64,000 nt of DNA. Origin: Nitrospirota bacterium (GTDB lineage Bacteria; Nitrospirota; UBA9217). A program made the translations under genes and the position numbers. Of the stretch, positions 18,404 to 27,453 are shown piece by piece. Location of the stretch: the NCBI GenBank assembly GCA_963790205.1, contig CAWBNQ010000001.1, positions 800,001 through 864,000 of the forward strand, given 5' to 3'. The notes under the pieces are model-generated. The model was given only the letters and a program-made list of their open reading frames with translations, was not told where the DNA came from and made no database searches. The first letter of the stretch is position 1; the number at the start of each line of letters is the position of its first letter.

Positions 18404-18688
18404 ATGAGATGGACAGTCTTACTTGTTCTCGTGGCGGTTCTATCCGGGATCTGTTCTCCTCAAGCCGCGAAAATATACGTCATTCGAGACGGCCACCTGA
18501 TGATCGGCCCACGTGACGTTAGCCGCTCGGCGGCGCCAGTCCTCGCTGCGCATGGCGATGTGCCGTGCCTGAAGACAGGCGCCTGCATCCAGATTCCCGC
18601 GTCACTAATCGCTTATACGAACATTCTTGATCCGGTTTTTCCTCAATTGCTCTTTCCACAACAAAATGACCAGCCTCCGAAAGCGTAG
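18404..18688 (+). CDS. Small exported leader-like protein ending QPPKA
   Basis: Signal peptide, His/Cys residues, Pro-Pro C-terminus; TTGACA-18-TATATT ends 6 nt before ATG. Confidence 0.55.
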   Translation: MRWTVLLVLVAVLSGICSPQAAKIYVIRDGHLMIGPRDVSRSAAPVLAAHGDVPCLKTGACIQIPASLIAYTNILDPVFPQLLFPQQNDQPPKA

Positions 18689-18828
18689 AAAACGCATCAA
18701 TATTAACCACGAGAACACAAAGGTCCCGGGTAAAAAGAGCGCTTGACTCAAAGCCAGCACATGATTTTCGTCGTTCCCTGGCGCCCCGCGGCAAAAAAAT
18801 CCTAAAATGTTTTTCAGAGGCTACTACT

Positions 18829-19797
18829 ATGAAAAAGTCGTTACTCTTGACCTTAACAGCAGCAGCTTTTATTTTTTCGGCGAACGCGAGCTTTGCCTGT
18901 GATTTCTGTCTGTTATCGCAAGGCATTTCGCCGCTCGACACCATGAAAGGAACGGGCATCAAGATCAGCGAGCGGTACACGCTGCTCGATCAGATATACC
19001 AGGGAGCGAGCGAGAAAACGAACCCGGGAGCCAAGGAGACCCATTGGACAACGGAGCTCACCGGATTTTACGGCATCACGCCGGACTTCATGGTGCTGGC
19101 CGTTATTCCGTACAAATACGGCAGAACGACCGGTGAAGCCGACATGACCATGATTCCTTCCCTGCTCGATACCGCGATGGCTGGCGACGCTGCGGGGCTG
19201 GGAGATGTTGCGCTTCTAGGTCGGTACACATTTTTGAAGCAGGAAAATCCTGATGCCACGAACGTCATGGCCGGTCTTGTCGGAATCAAGTTTCCGACCG
19301 GAAGAACGAATGCACGGACGTCGGACGGCATGGATTATCTCGACAGCCACATGCAGCCGGGGACGGGCTCGACGGACTACCTCCTGGGGCTCTCTTTCAG
19401 TCATTCGCTCAGCCGCTTCTCGGTGTCCGCCAACGTGCTCGGCACGATTGCCGGGGCGGGAAAGTTCGGGACCACGGAGCATGAGTTCGGAAACTCCATG
19501 AACTATGACGTGACCGCAAAATATCGCGTTATCCCCAAGCAGTTCTCGCCCATGAAGCCCCAGCTCTTTGCGGCGCTCGGGCTGAACGGAGAAGTGCGGG
19601 AGCGGGAAAAGGAAGACCACGTGACCGTACCGGACTCGGGCGGGAATATCATTTATCTTTCGCCGGGACTGCAGCTCGTGCTCGCGCCGCACTGGATCGT
19701 GGACCTGTCGTACCAGCGCGCGATCTATCACAATCTTTACGGGACCCAGCTCGGCGAAACCTATAAGGCGGTCACCGGGGTGACGTATTTATTTTAA
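18829..19797 (+). CDS. Outer-membrane transporter (MetA-pathway/Phenol_MetA_deg-like beta-barrel) with N-terminal CxxC
   Basis: Signal peptide then CDFC; GLGD, KFPTG, QPGTGS.D; C-terminal TYLF. Confidence 0.75.
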   Translation: MKKSLLLTLTAAAFIFSANASFACDFCLLSQGISPLDTMKGTGIKISERYTLLDQIYQGASEKTNPGAKETHWTTELTGFYGITPDFMVLAVIPYKYGRTTGEADMTMIPSLLDTAMAGDAAGLGDVALLGRYTFLKQENPDATNVMAGLVGIKFPTGRTNARTSDGMDYLDSHMQPGTGSTDYLLGLSFSHSLSRFSVSANVLGTIAGAGKFGTTEHEFGNSMNYDVTAKYRVIPKQFSPMKPQLFAALGLNGEVREREKEDHVTVPDSGGNIIYLSPGLQLVLAPHWIVDLSYQRAIYHNLYGTQLGETYKAVTGVTYLF

Positions 19798-19820
19798 CGA
19801 TCGGAGCGAGACTGAAATAC

Positions 19821-19854
19821 AAAAGGCCGCTGAGAAATCTCAGCGGCCTTTTTT
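19821..19854. terminator. Bidirectional intrinsic terminator
   Basis: AAAAGGCCGCTGAGA-AA-TCTCAGCGGCCTTTTTT between convergent genes. Confidence 0.9.
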
Positions 19855-19881
19855 GCGCATGGCAATCGCGATGTCCGGAGT

Positions 19882-21670
19882 CTACTCCGCCCTCACCAGG
19901 TCCTCGAACCGGATATCCACTCCGAACACGCCGACGATCTCGCTGTTTTCGTTGCTAATGGGCGCAGAGACGGTGATGCAGAGCGCGCCGGTGATCTTCG
20001 AGGTATAGAAGTCCGACACGAAGCTCTTGCCGTCCTTTACGGGGCTGATGAACCACGGCCGGTCCGAAAAATTGTCCCCGAGGCCCGAATGCTCGAACTG
20101 GGCCTTGTACTGGATCTGGGTGATGTTCTTGGTGGTCTTCCTGCCCTCGGCGTTCACCACGTAGGCGAACTGGATAAAGGGGTTCTCGTCCAGCAGTTTT
20201 TGGATAACGGACTCCTGCTTCGCATGGTCCATGGTGCGCATCTCGTTCTTTTCCACCATTCTCTCGACGAGGTGAAGCGATATCTCCTGGGCCTTTTTCT
20301 TGAGCTTGTCCAGGTCGGACACGAAGTATTCGGGCAAATATTTTTTCGTCTTCTCGATCAGCTCGTCGTGAGAGATGCTCGTTGTCCTGCCCTGCTCGTA
20401 CTGTTCCATCACCCACTTGTGCACCTTCGCCAGCCCCGGATGGCGCTTGTCGATCTTCTTGTCCGCATCAAGCTGGAGGTGACTGTTCACCCAGTGGGCG
20501 ATGCCCGCGATGCCGGACTTGTCGGTGATGATGACGCCCATGGGCCGCTTGAGGATCTTCGAGGTGTCGAAGATATTGTAGATCTCCTCGTTCTTCATCA
20601 TGCCGTCGGCATGGATGCCCGCGCTCGTGGAGTTGAACTCGGAGCCCACAAAGGGATAATTGGCCGGGATCGGGAAGTCCATCTCCCTGCGGAAATACTC
20701 GGCCATCTCGGTGATGGCGATGGTGTCGATGCCCGCGTCGTTGCCGGTGAGGCTGATGTAATCGATCAGCATGGCCTCGACGGGCGTGTTGCCCGTGCGC
20801 TCGCCGAATCCCAAGAAGCGCCCCGTTTACCGAAGAGCAGCCGTACATCCACGCAGCGATGCCGTTGACGAGCCCTTTATGGAAGTCGTTATGACCGTGC
20901 CACTCGAGCTGTTCCGACGGAACGCCGCCGTCGTGAATGAGCGCGTAGAAAATTTCAGGAACGCCGCGCGGCAGCGCCGTGCCGGGGAAGGGAAACCCGT
21001 AGCCCATGGTGTCGCAGGCCCTGATCTTGATCGGCACCTTTGCCTGTTCCGAAATCTTCATCAGCTCCTGCGCGAAAGGGATGACGAAGCCGTAGAAGTC
21101 AGCCCGTGTAATGTCTTCGAGGTGGCAGCGGGGAATAATGCCCTGCTCGAGCGCCGTGGCAACGATGTCGAGGTACGCCTTGAGCGCGTCTTTGCGCGAC
21201 ATATTAAGCTTGAGGAAGATGTGATAGTCCGAGCAGGAGGTCAGGATCCCGGTCTCCTTGAGCCCCATCTCCTTCACGAGCTTGAAGTCGTTCTTGTTCG
21301 CCCTGATCCAGCCGGTGATCTCCGGATACCGGTAGCCGCGCTCCCTGCAGAGCCGCACCGCTTCCCGGTCCTTCTCCGAATAGAGGAAAAACTCGGTCTG
21401 GCGGATCACGCCGTTCGGGCCGCTCATGCGGTGCATGAAGTCGAAGATGTCGGCGATCTGCTTCGGCGTATAAGGCGGCCGGGACTGCTGGCCGTCGCGG
21501 AAGGTGGTGTCCGTGATCCAGATGTCCTTGGGGATGTTGGTCTGGATAAGCCGTTCTTCGAGCACCACGCGCGGGACGCTCGCATAGGGGAACATGTCCC
21601 GGTACAGGACCGGCTCCTTCACGTCCTTGAGCTCGAAGGGTGTTTTTGTTGTCTGCTTTTTAATGGTCAA
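19882..21670 (-). CDS. DRE-TIM metallolyase (Re-citrate synthase-like) with C-terminal Cache/PDC-like domain; frameshift near 20810
   Basis: DTTFRDGQQ, CHLED, HGHNDF, G.GERTGN, AGIHADG; removing one G restores ALLGFGERTGN; C-terminus SDRPWF...FYTSKITG.LCITVSAP..GVFGVDI. Confidence 0.78.
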
Positions 21671-21682
21671 CGGAACCTCCTG

Positions 21683-21781
21683 ACTAAAACAAATCCTAAA
21701 TGCGAATTTCGAAATACTAAATGTTTTTACTTTTGGATATTTGAATTTATGTCGGATTTAGGTTTTCGTACTTGGAATTGC
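21683..21781. repeat. AT-rich heptamer-based imperfect palindromic intergenic repeat
   Basis: AAATCCT/AAATGCG/AATTTCG units mirrored by ATTTAGG/ATTTGA; same style at 25664-25783, 31159-31249 and about 50515-50556. Confidence 0.6.
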
Positions 21782-21782
21782 C

Positions 21783-22442
21783 TTACGCTCCCCTGATTCC
21801 CCTGATTGCCGACGCATAATCCTTGGCGCCAAAGACAGCCGAGCCTGCAACGAGGATGTCGGCCCCGGCCTTGATGATCTCTGCCGCGTTCGAAGGTTTT
21901 ACCCCGCCGTCCACCTCGATCTCGGTCTTGAGCCCAAGGTCGTTGATCCGTTTCCGGAGACTGGTTATCTTTTCCAGCGCCGAGGGGATGAAGGCCTGGC
22001 CGCCGAAGCCGGGGTTCACGGACATGATGAGCACCATGTCCACATTGGACAGAACGTAGTCCAGGCTCGTGAGCGGCGTCGCCGGGTTGAGCGCCACCGC
22101 CGCCTTGACGCCTTTGTGCTCCTTGATCGACTGGACGAGCCGGTCCAGATGAAAAGCAGTCTCCACATGGACCGTGATATAGTCAGCGCCCGCCCTGGCG
22201 AAATCGGCGATGTACAGCTCGGGATTCGTTATCATGAGGTGGACGTCGAGCGGCAGCTTCGTGGACCTGCGGGCCGCTTCGACGATCAAGGGCCCGATGG
22301 TGATGTTCGGCACGAAGTGGCCGTCCATCACGTCGACGTGAATGATATCGGCGCCGGCGGTCTCAACGGCCCTGATCTCCTCGCCCAGCCGGGAAAAATC
22401 AGCGGAGAGGAGCGAGGGAGCTATCTTGATTTTTTTTATCAT
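21783..22442 (-). CDS. rpe: Ribulose-phosphate 3-epimerase
   Basis: [36 protein letters not shown]. Confidence 0.97.
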   Translation of the reverse strand: MIKKIKIAPSLLSADFSRLGEEIRAVETAGADIIHVDVMDGHFVPNITIGPLIVEAARRSTKLPLDVHLMITNPELYIADFARAGADYITVHVETAFHLDRLVQSIKEHKGVKAAVALNPATPLTSLDYVLSNVDMVLIMSVNPGFGGQAFIPSALEKITSLRKRINDLGLKTEIEVDGGVKPSNAAEIIKAGADILVAGSAVFGAKDYASAIRGIRGA

Positions 22443-22476
22443 GTCATTCCTCAAAAAACAACTGCGCGTTGCGCGC

Positions 22477-23193
22477 TTACCTGCTCACCACAATATCCAC
22501 CGTCGCATCGGCGGCAACCGGCGAACCCGCGCCCGGCTTCTGCTGTATGACGGTGCGTTCCGCTGCCGCAGTTTTTTCGCCCGCTGCCCTGTAAAGCACC
22601 CGGCGCTGCAGTCCCATGCGGTCGATGGTCTTTACGGCCTCTTCCGCCCTTTTTCCCGTCAGCTTAGGCATAACGAACGTCTCGGCCTTCCTGCCGGAAC
22701 TGACCAGCAGGCTGATTGCGCCGCCCTTGTCAAGCTGGCTGCCGGCCGGAGGGTCCTGGGCGATCACAATATCGCGATCCACGCTCTCGGACGAGACCCG
22801 CGAAACCGTGCCGGGGACGAACCCCGCCTGCCGGACCATGATGTCGGCCTTGCGATAAGGCTCTCCTGTGAGCTTCGGCGCTTGCGCGTCGCTCGGGCCC
22901 TGGCTCACGATCACGTGGATTTGCCGGCCCTTTTTGATGCCGTTTCCCGCGGCGGGCGACTGGGATATCACGGCGTCGCGCGGCAGGGTCGGATGGGGCT
23001 CGCGCCGGTCGACCTTGAGCTGCAGGCCCTGTTGGGTGACGGTCTCGAGCGCGGTCACGATGTCCTTGCCCGTAAGGTCGGGCACGCGCACCTCATCCTG
23101 CTGCAGAAGCAGCGCAACGACCGCGAAGGCGCTCACGATGCCCACACCCACCAGCGCTAGGAATATGCCGAGACCTTTCAGAAATCTTTTCAT
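22477..23193 (-). CDS. Membrane-anchored triple-PASTA domain protein
   Basis: N-terminal TM; three repeats of (V/A/M)P.LTG...VI.Q.P.AG...VS. Confidence 0.88.
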   Translation of the reverse strand: MKRFLKGLGIFLALVGVGIVSAFAVVALLLQQDEVRVPDLTGKDIVTALETVTQQGLQLKVDRREPHPTLPRDAVISQSPAAGNGIKKGRQIHVIVSQGPSDAQAPKLTGEPYRKADIMVRQAGFVPGTVSRVSSESVDRDIVIAQDPPAGSQLDKGGAISLLVSSGRKAETFVMPKLTGKRAEEAVKTIDRMGLQRRVLYRAAGEKTAAAERTVIQQKPGAGSPVAADATVDIVVSR

Positions 23194-23385
23194 GAGTTAA
23201 GCACCTATTTTACCCAGAATGGACGCAAGAAGCAAGATTTTTGGCCGAGAAGGGAAACGAATTTTCGCGGATAAAACCATGACGAAAAAAGCATTTGGGT
23301 ATGGATACGGCCGGGTTTGCACTGATTTTTAATAGTAAAACCGACAGTTGCGAATCAAATTCGACCCAAATTGAAAACAAAATTC

Positions 23386-23521
23386 AGCCGCGAAGGCTCT
23401 AAGACTCAAAGAAAACATGAAGAATTAAGGTATTTTACAAATAGGTATTTATTCACTGAATGAATTTCTTCGTGCCCTCGAGTCTTTGTGGCGTGCTTGG
23501 TTCCGGCTTGTCCGGGTTAGG
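23386..23521. repeat. REP-like inverted repeat remnant
   Basis: GCCGCGAAGGCTCTAAG...ATGAAGAA mirrored by TTCTTCGT...CTCGAGTCTTTGTGGC, followed by GTTCCGGCTTGTCCGGGTTAGG. Confidence 0.5.
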
Positions 23522-23562
23522 GAAACATCACGCAAATCCCGCGGCCCCGTGTCAATCCGCTG

Positions 23563-24894
23563 CTAAGAATGTTTTCTTACCAGCCTCACGCCGAAAAATC
23601 CATCCATTGCCGGCTCATCGGGAAAAGTGCGAAAAAAACCTCTATCATCCACAAGTCTGGCTGCAGATGCAGGAAGAAGCTGTTGCGGATCCTCTATGGC
23701 AAATTCGTTGTGCTCCGCAAGAAAAGAATCGATCACCTCCTCGTTTTCTTCAGGCTCCGTGGTGCAGGTCGCGTAAACCAGCGCGCCGCCGGGCTTGAGC
23801 AGTAAGGCACAATTCTCGAGGATCCCGCGCTGGAGCACAGCCCGCTCCCTGATTGCTTTTTCGTTCTTGTTCCAACGCCCGTCGGGATGCCTGCGAAGCA
23901 CGCCGAGGCCCGAGCAGGGGGCGTCGATCAGGACCTTGTCGAACCGGCCTTCTTGATACTTCATCGCATCACCCCATACCGGAGAGATGATGGATATGCC
24001 GAGCCGCGCACTGTTCTCGCGGATCCTCTTGAGGCGGCCCTGATCGCTTTCGAGCGCTATGACCGCACCGCGGTTCTCCATGAGTTCGGCAAGGTGCGTT
24101 GCTTTGCCGCCCGGCGCGGCGCACGCATCGAGCACGGTCTCGCCGGGCCGGGGGCCGAGCATGAGGCTGATAAGCTGGGGTGCCTGGTCCTGGACCATAA
24201 ACCAGCCCTTTCCATAGGCCGTGAGCGAACGAAGGCCCGGCGACGAGATGATTTCAAGACCGACGGTCGAATAGGCGGTTTCGATTGCCGCTGCGCCTTC
24301 CGCTTCGAGCGAGGCTTTTAGCCGGTCCCGCGTGGTCTTGAGCGTGTTGGCCCTGACACTGAGCGGCGCAGGCCGGTTGTTCTCGCGCAGAAGCCTTTCC
24401 GCTCTTTCCTCGCCGAACCGCTTCACCCAGCGCCTCACGAGCCATTCGGGGTGGGAATGGAGAATAGAGAGCCTCTTGACCGGATCGTCCGGGCCGGGAC
24501 CAACGAGGGAGGCGCGCTTACGGTCCAGGTTCCTGAGCAGGCCGTTCACGTAACCGCCTTTTTTTCCATAATCCTTGGCCAGGTCGGCCGCGGTGTTCAC
24601 CGCTGCGCTCACAGGGATCTTGTCCAGAAAAAGCATCTGGTAGGCGCCGAGGCGAAGAATGTTCCTGGTCCATGCGTCGGTCTTCGCAAGAGGATGTGTG
24701 GAAAATTGATTCAAGGTCCAGTCCAGGAGCGTCCGGTTCCTGAGCGTTCCGTAGACGAGTTCGAGGATAAAGGCGTTGTCGCGCGCATCGAAGGCCTGCC
24801 GTGCCCGGTCCAAAAGCGCGTCAGCAAAGGCCCCGGTCTCGACGCGGGTAAGTATCTCGAGGGCTTTCTCCCGGGGTTTATCCTTCTGTGCCAC
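23563..24894 (-). CDS. rsmB: 16S rRNA m5C967 methyltransferase
   Basis: N-terminal NusB-like domain; DACAAPGGK, DAPCSG, YATCT; likely GTG start. Confidence 0.94.
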   Translation of the reverse strand: MAQKDKPREKALEILTRVETGAFADALLDRARQAFDARDNAFILELVYGTLRNRTLLDWTLNQFSTHPLAKTDAWTRNILRLGAYQMLFLDKIPVSAAVNTAADLAKDYGKKGGYVNGLLRNLDRKRASLVGPGPDDPVKRLSILHSHPEWLVRRWVKRFGEERAERLLRENNRPAPLSVRANTLKTTRDRLKASLEAEGAAAIETAYSTVGLEIISSPGLRSLTAYGKGWFMVQDQAPQLISLMLGPRPGETVLDACAAPGGKATHLAELMENRGAVIALESDQGRLKRIRENSARLGISIISPVWGDAMKYQEGRFDKVLIDAPCSGLGVLRRHPDGRWNKNEKAIRERAVLQRGILENCALLLKPGGALVYATCTTEPEENEEVIDSFLAEHNEFAIEDPQQLLPASAARLVDDRGFFRTFPDEPAMDGFFGVRLVRKHS

Positions 24895-25657
24895 GGGTAT
24901 CACAATGGCCGCTTGCGAGGTATTCAAGCGCTTCGGCAACTTTGCCGATGTTCACGCTGGTATTAAAGCATGGCCCGAAAGGACGTTCGTTCAGGATGCC
25001 GATCACCGGAAGGGGGTAGGCGTCCTGGATGCCGCTCGTCAGGTCCCGCTCGCAGGCCACGGCGATGATCGCCTGCGGTTTCGCTTCCGCCACCCGCCGG
25101 CGCGCGAGCGTGCCGCCGGTTGCAACCGAGAGGTGCACGTCGTGTTTTTTCGCGAGCACTACCAGGTCCTTTATCTTGCACTTGCCGCAGGCCTGACACT
25201 TGTACGCATCGGTCGTGATTTTGATGGCGCAGTCGTTGAACTGGAGGCAGTGCGGCATGAGGAGCAGGATGCGCCTGGGCTTGATGTCGCGGCACTTGGC
25301 CCGGACCAGGAGGTTGTTCACTTCCACAAAGGACTGCTGGATCTTTTCCTTCGAGATACCGAGGAGTTTGCCCAGTACGATCATGATGGGAAAGAGCACC
25401 TCGATCACGATCCCCCGGAGCCGCGCGGCGAAAAAAATTTCCCTGCCCCGTATGAGGGTGAGGATGAGCAGCCCCACGCCGAGGATCAGGATGCTGAGCG
25501 CCGTACCCATGCTGAAGCAGACGATCGTGGGCGCAAGGGGATGGATGTTCTTCAGGCCGATGTAGGGGATCAGATACAGCCCCACGGTGGCTGCGGTGAT
25601 AAGAAATGCCGTAAAGACGATGAGGCCGATAAATATGCGTTTTTTGGGTTCAGACAT
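24878..25657 (-). CDS. DUF116 domain membrane protein
   Basis: LMPHCLQ, CQACGKC, ATGG, AVACERDL, GPC.NT. Confidence 0.85.
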   Translation of the reverse strand: MSEPKKRIFIGLIVFTAFLITAATVGLYLIPYIGLKNIHPLAPTIVCFSMGTALSILILGVGLLILTLIRGREIFFAARLRGIVIEVLFPIMIVLGKLLGISKEKIQQSFVEVNNLLVRAKCRDIKPRRILLLMPHCLQFNDCAIKITTDAYKCQACGKCKIKDLVVLAKKHDVHLSVATGGTLARRRVAEAKPQAIIAVACERDLTSGIQDAYPLPVIGILNERPFGPCFNTSVNIGKVAEALEYLASGHCDTRGTEG

Positions 25658-25663
25658 GTTCTT

Positions 25664-25783
25664 TAAAATTCCGGATTACAAATCCTAAATTGCAAATAAA
25701 TTCCATACTCCAAAATCCAAAACGTTTGGAACTTTGAATTTGATGTCTGGTGCTTATTTGTGATTTGGTATTTGAGATTTGGC
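25664..25783. repeat. Heptamer-based imperfect palindromic repeat overlapping the fmt 3' end
   Basis: ACAAATC/AAATTGC/AAATTCC versus ATTTGTG/ATTTGGT/ATTTGAG; encodes the Fmt tail KSQIPNHK. Confidence 0.6.
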
Positions 25784-26713
25784 GCTTGTTATCTCGAACT
25801 TCTTCCCTTCAATTTCGCGGTGGCCGCGCAGAAAGTCAGCCGCAGGCATGGGTTTTTTGCCTGCCGGCTGAATGCGGAGGATGCGGAGCAGCCCTTTTCC
25901 CGTGCCCACCTCGAGCGTGTTATCCGCCCGCTGGTGCACGAGGGCGGGTTCTCCCTCCCCGGGAAGGACCTCGGTCTCGAGTATCTTGATCATGCCCCCG
26001 TCGAGAAACGTATACGCTCCCGGCCAGGGAGAAAAACCCCGCACCCTGTTGTGTATGTCCGCCGCGGGAAGAGTCCAGTCAACAAGCCCATCTTCCTTTT
26101 TTAGAAGCGGCGCGAGCGTCGCTTTCGACTCGTCCTGCACCCTCGGCTTGAGAATTCCCGATCCAACGAGCAACAGAGACTTCGTGATGAGCCGAGCGCC
26201 GAGCGCCGAGAGCGTTTCCGTCAACGCGCCCGATGTGTCCCCGGGGCCTATCGGGTGGCTTTCCTGCATGAGGACAGCGCCGGTGTCCATGCCTTCGTCC
26301 ATCTGCATGATGGTAATGCCGGTCTCCTTATCGCCGCGGATGATCGCCCAATTGATGGGTGCGGCGCCCCGGTATGCGGGGAGGAGCGAGGCATGTATAT
26401 TGATGCAGCCGTATTTCGGCAAGGCCAGGACCTCTTTCGGCAGGATCTGTCCGTAGGCAGCCACAACGATGACATCGGGGTTGAGCTTGCGGAGCGCATC
26501 GATGAATATCGGCTCCCGCACGCGTTTGGGCTGATAGAGCGGGAGGCCCAATTGCAGCGCAACGGCCTTGACCGGAGGCGCTGCCACGTTTCGGCCCCTG
26601 CCCGCCGGTTTGTCGATGCGCGTGACCACTCCGACGATTTCATGACCCGCCTCAGCCAAAGCCCGGAGGGGCGGCACGGCAAACTGCGGCGTGCCCATGT
26701 ATACGAGTCTCAT
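25754..26713 (-). CDS. fmt: Methionyl-tRNA formyltransferase
   Basis: MGTPQFA, INIHASLLP.YRGAAPI, GMDTG. Confidence 0.97.
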   Translation of the reverse strand: MRLVYMGTPQFAVPPLRALAEAGHEIVGVVTRIDKPAGRGRNVAAPPVKAVALQLGLPLYQPKRVREPIFIDALRKLNPDVIVVAAYGQILPKEVLALPKYGCINIHASLLPAYRGAAPINWAIIRGDKETGITIMQMDEGMDTGAVLMQESHPIGPGDTSGALTETLSALGARLITKSLLLVGSGILKPRVQDESKATLAPLLKKEDGLVDWTLPAADIHNRVRGFSPWPGAYTFLDGGMIKILETEVLPGEGEPALVHQRADNTLEVGTGKGLLRILRIQPAGKKPMPAADFLRGHREIEGKKFEITSAKSQIPNHK

Positions 26714-26830
26714 AAGCTAAAATCCGTCGGGCGAAAAAAAATGAGTCCCTCAGGGGTTAGGCGGAAAGCGTAAGAGCGAAAAGCTTCAGCCCTCCCGGCC
26801 CCTGTCTCTCGTCTTCCCGTTTTTAACACA

Positions 26831-27358
26831 TCATGGCTTCTCGGTCTTGTCCAGCGCCATTTTTTTTAGTCTTCGCTTGAAAATGCTTTTTTTGAGCGGG
26901 CTCAGCCTGTCTATGAACAGCAGTCCGTTGAGATGGTCGATTTCATGCTGGAGGGCCTTTGCCAGGAGTCCTTCGGCCTCGAGTTCGAAGATTTTTCCTG
27001 TCCGGTCCTGGGCGCGCACCTTTACCCTGGAGGCGCGCTTTACTTTCTCCGCGTACTCGGGAATACTGAGGCAACCTTCCTCCTCCACGACCGATCCTTC
27101 CAGGGAGAGGATCTCCGGATTGACGATCACCAGCAGCGGGTGATGCTTTTCTTTCTCTTCCCTGGTGCTCAAATCTATGACCGCGATCTGGAGCGAAACG
27201 CCTACCTGGTTGGCGGCGAGCCCCACTCCCGGGGCAGCGTGCATGGTTTCCACCATGTCGTCGATCAGGCGTTCAATCGCGCCGTTGATGCTGGTAACAC
27301 GATCGGTTTTCCGTCGCAGTACAGGATCTGGGAATTTTCGAATCTCGCGAAGTGCCAT
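26831..27358 (-). CDS. def: Peptide deformylase
   Basis: GVGLAANQ, EGCLS, QHEIDHLNG. Confidence 0.97.
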   Translation of the reverse strand: MALREIRKFPDPVLRRKTDRVTSINGAIERLIDDMVETMHAAPGVGLAANQVGVSLQIAVIDLSTREEKEKHHPLLVIVNPEILSLEGSVVEEEGCLSIPEYAEKVKRASRVKVRAQDRTGKIFELEAEGLLAKALQHEIDHLNGLLFIDRLSPLKKSIFKRRLKKMALDKTEKP

Positions 27359-27453
27359 ATAATCATATTTAACATGATTTATTTTTAAAATCAAGGTTTA
27401 AGATGGGACGACAGTTGTTGACACCCTGCCGGGCTTTATGGTATTTTTAGACC

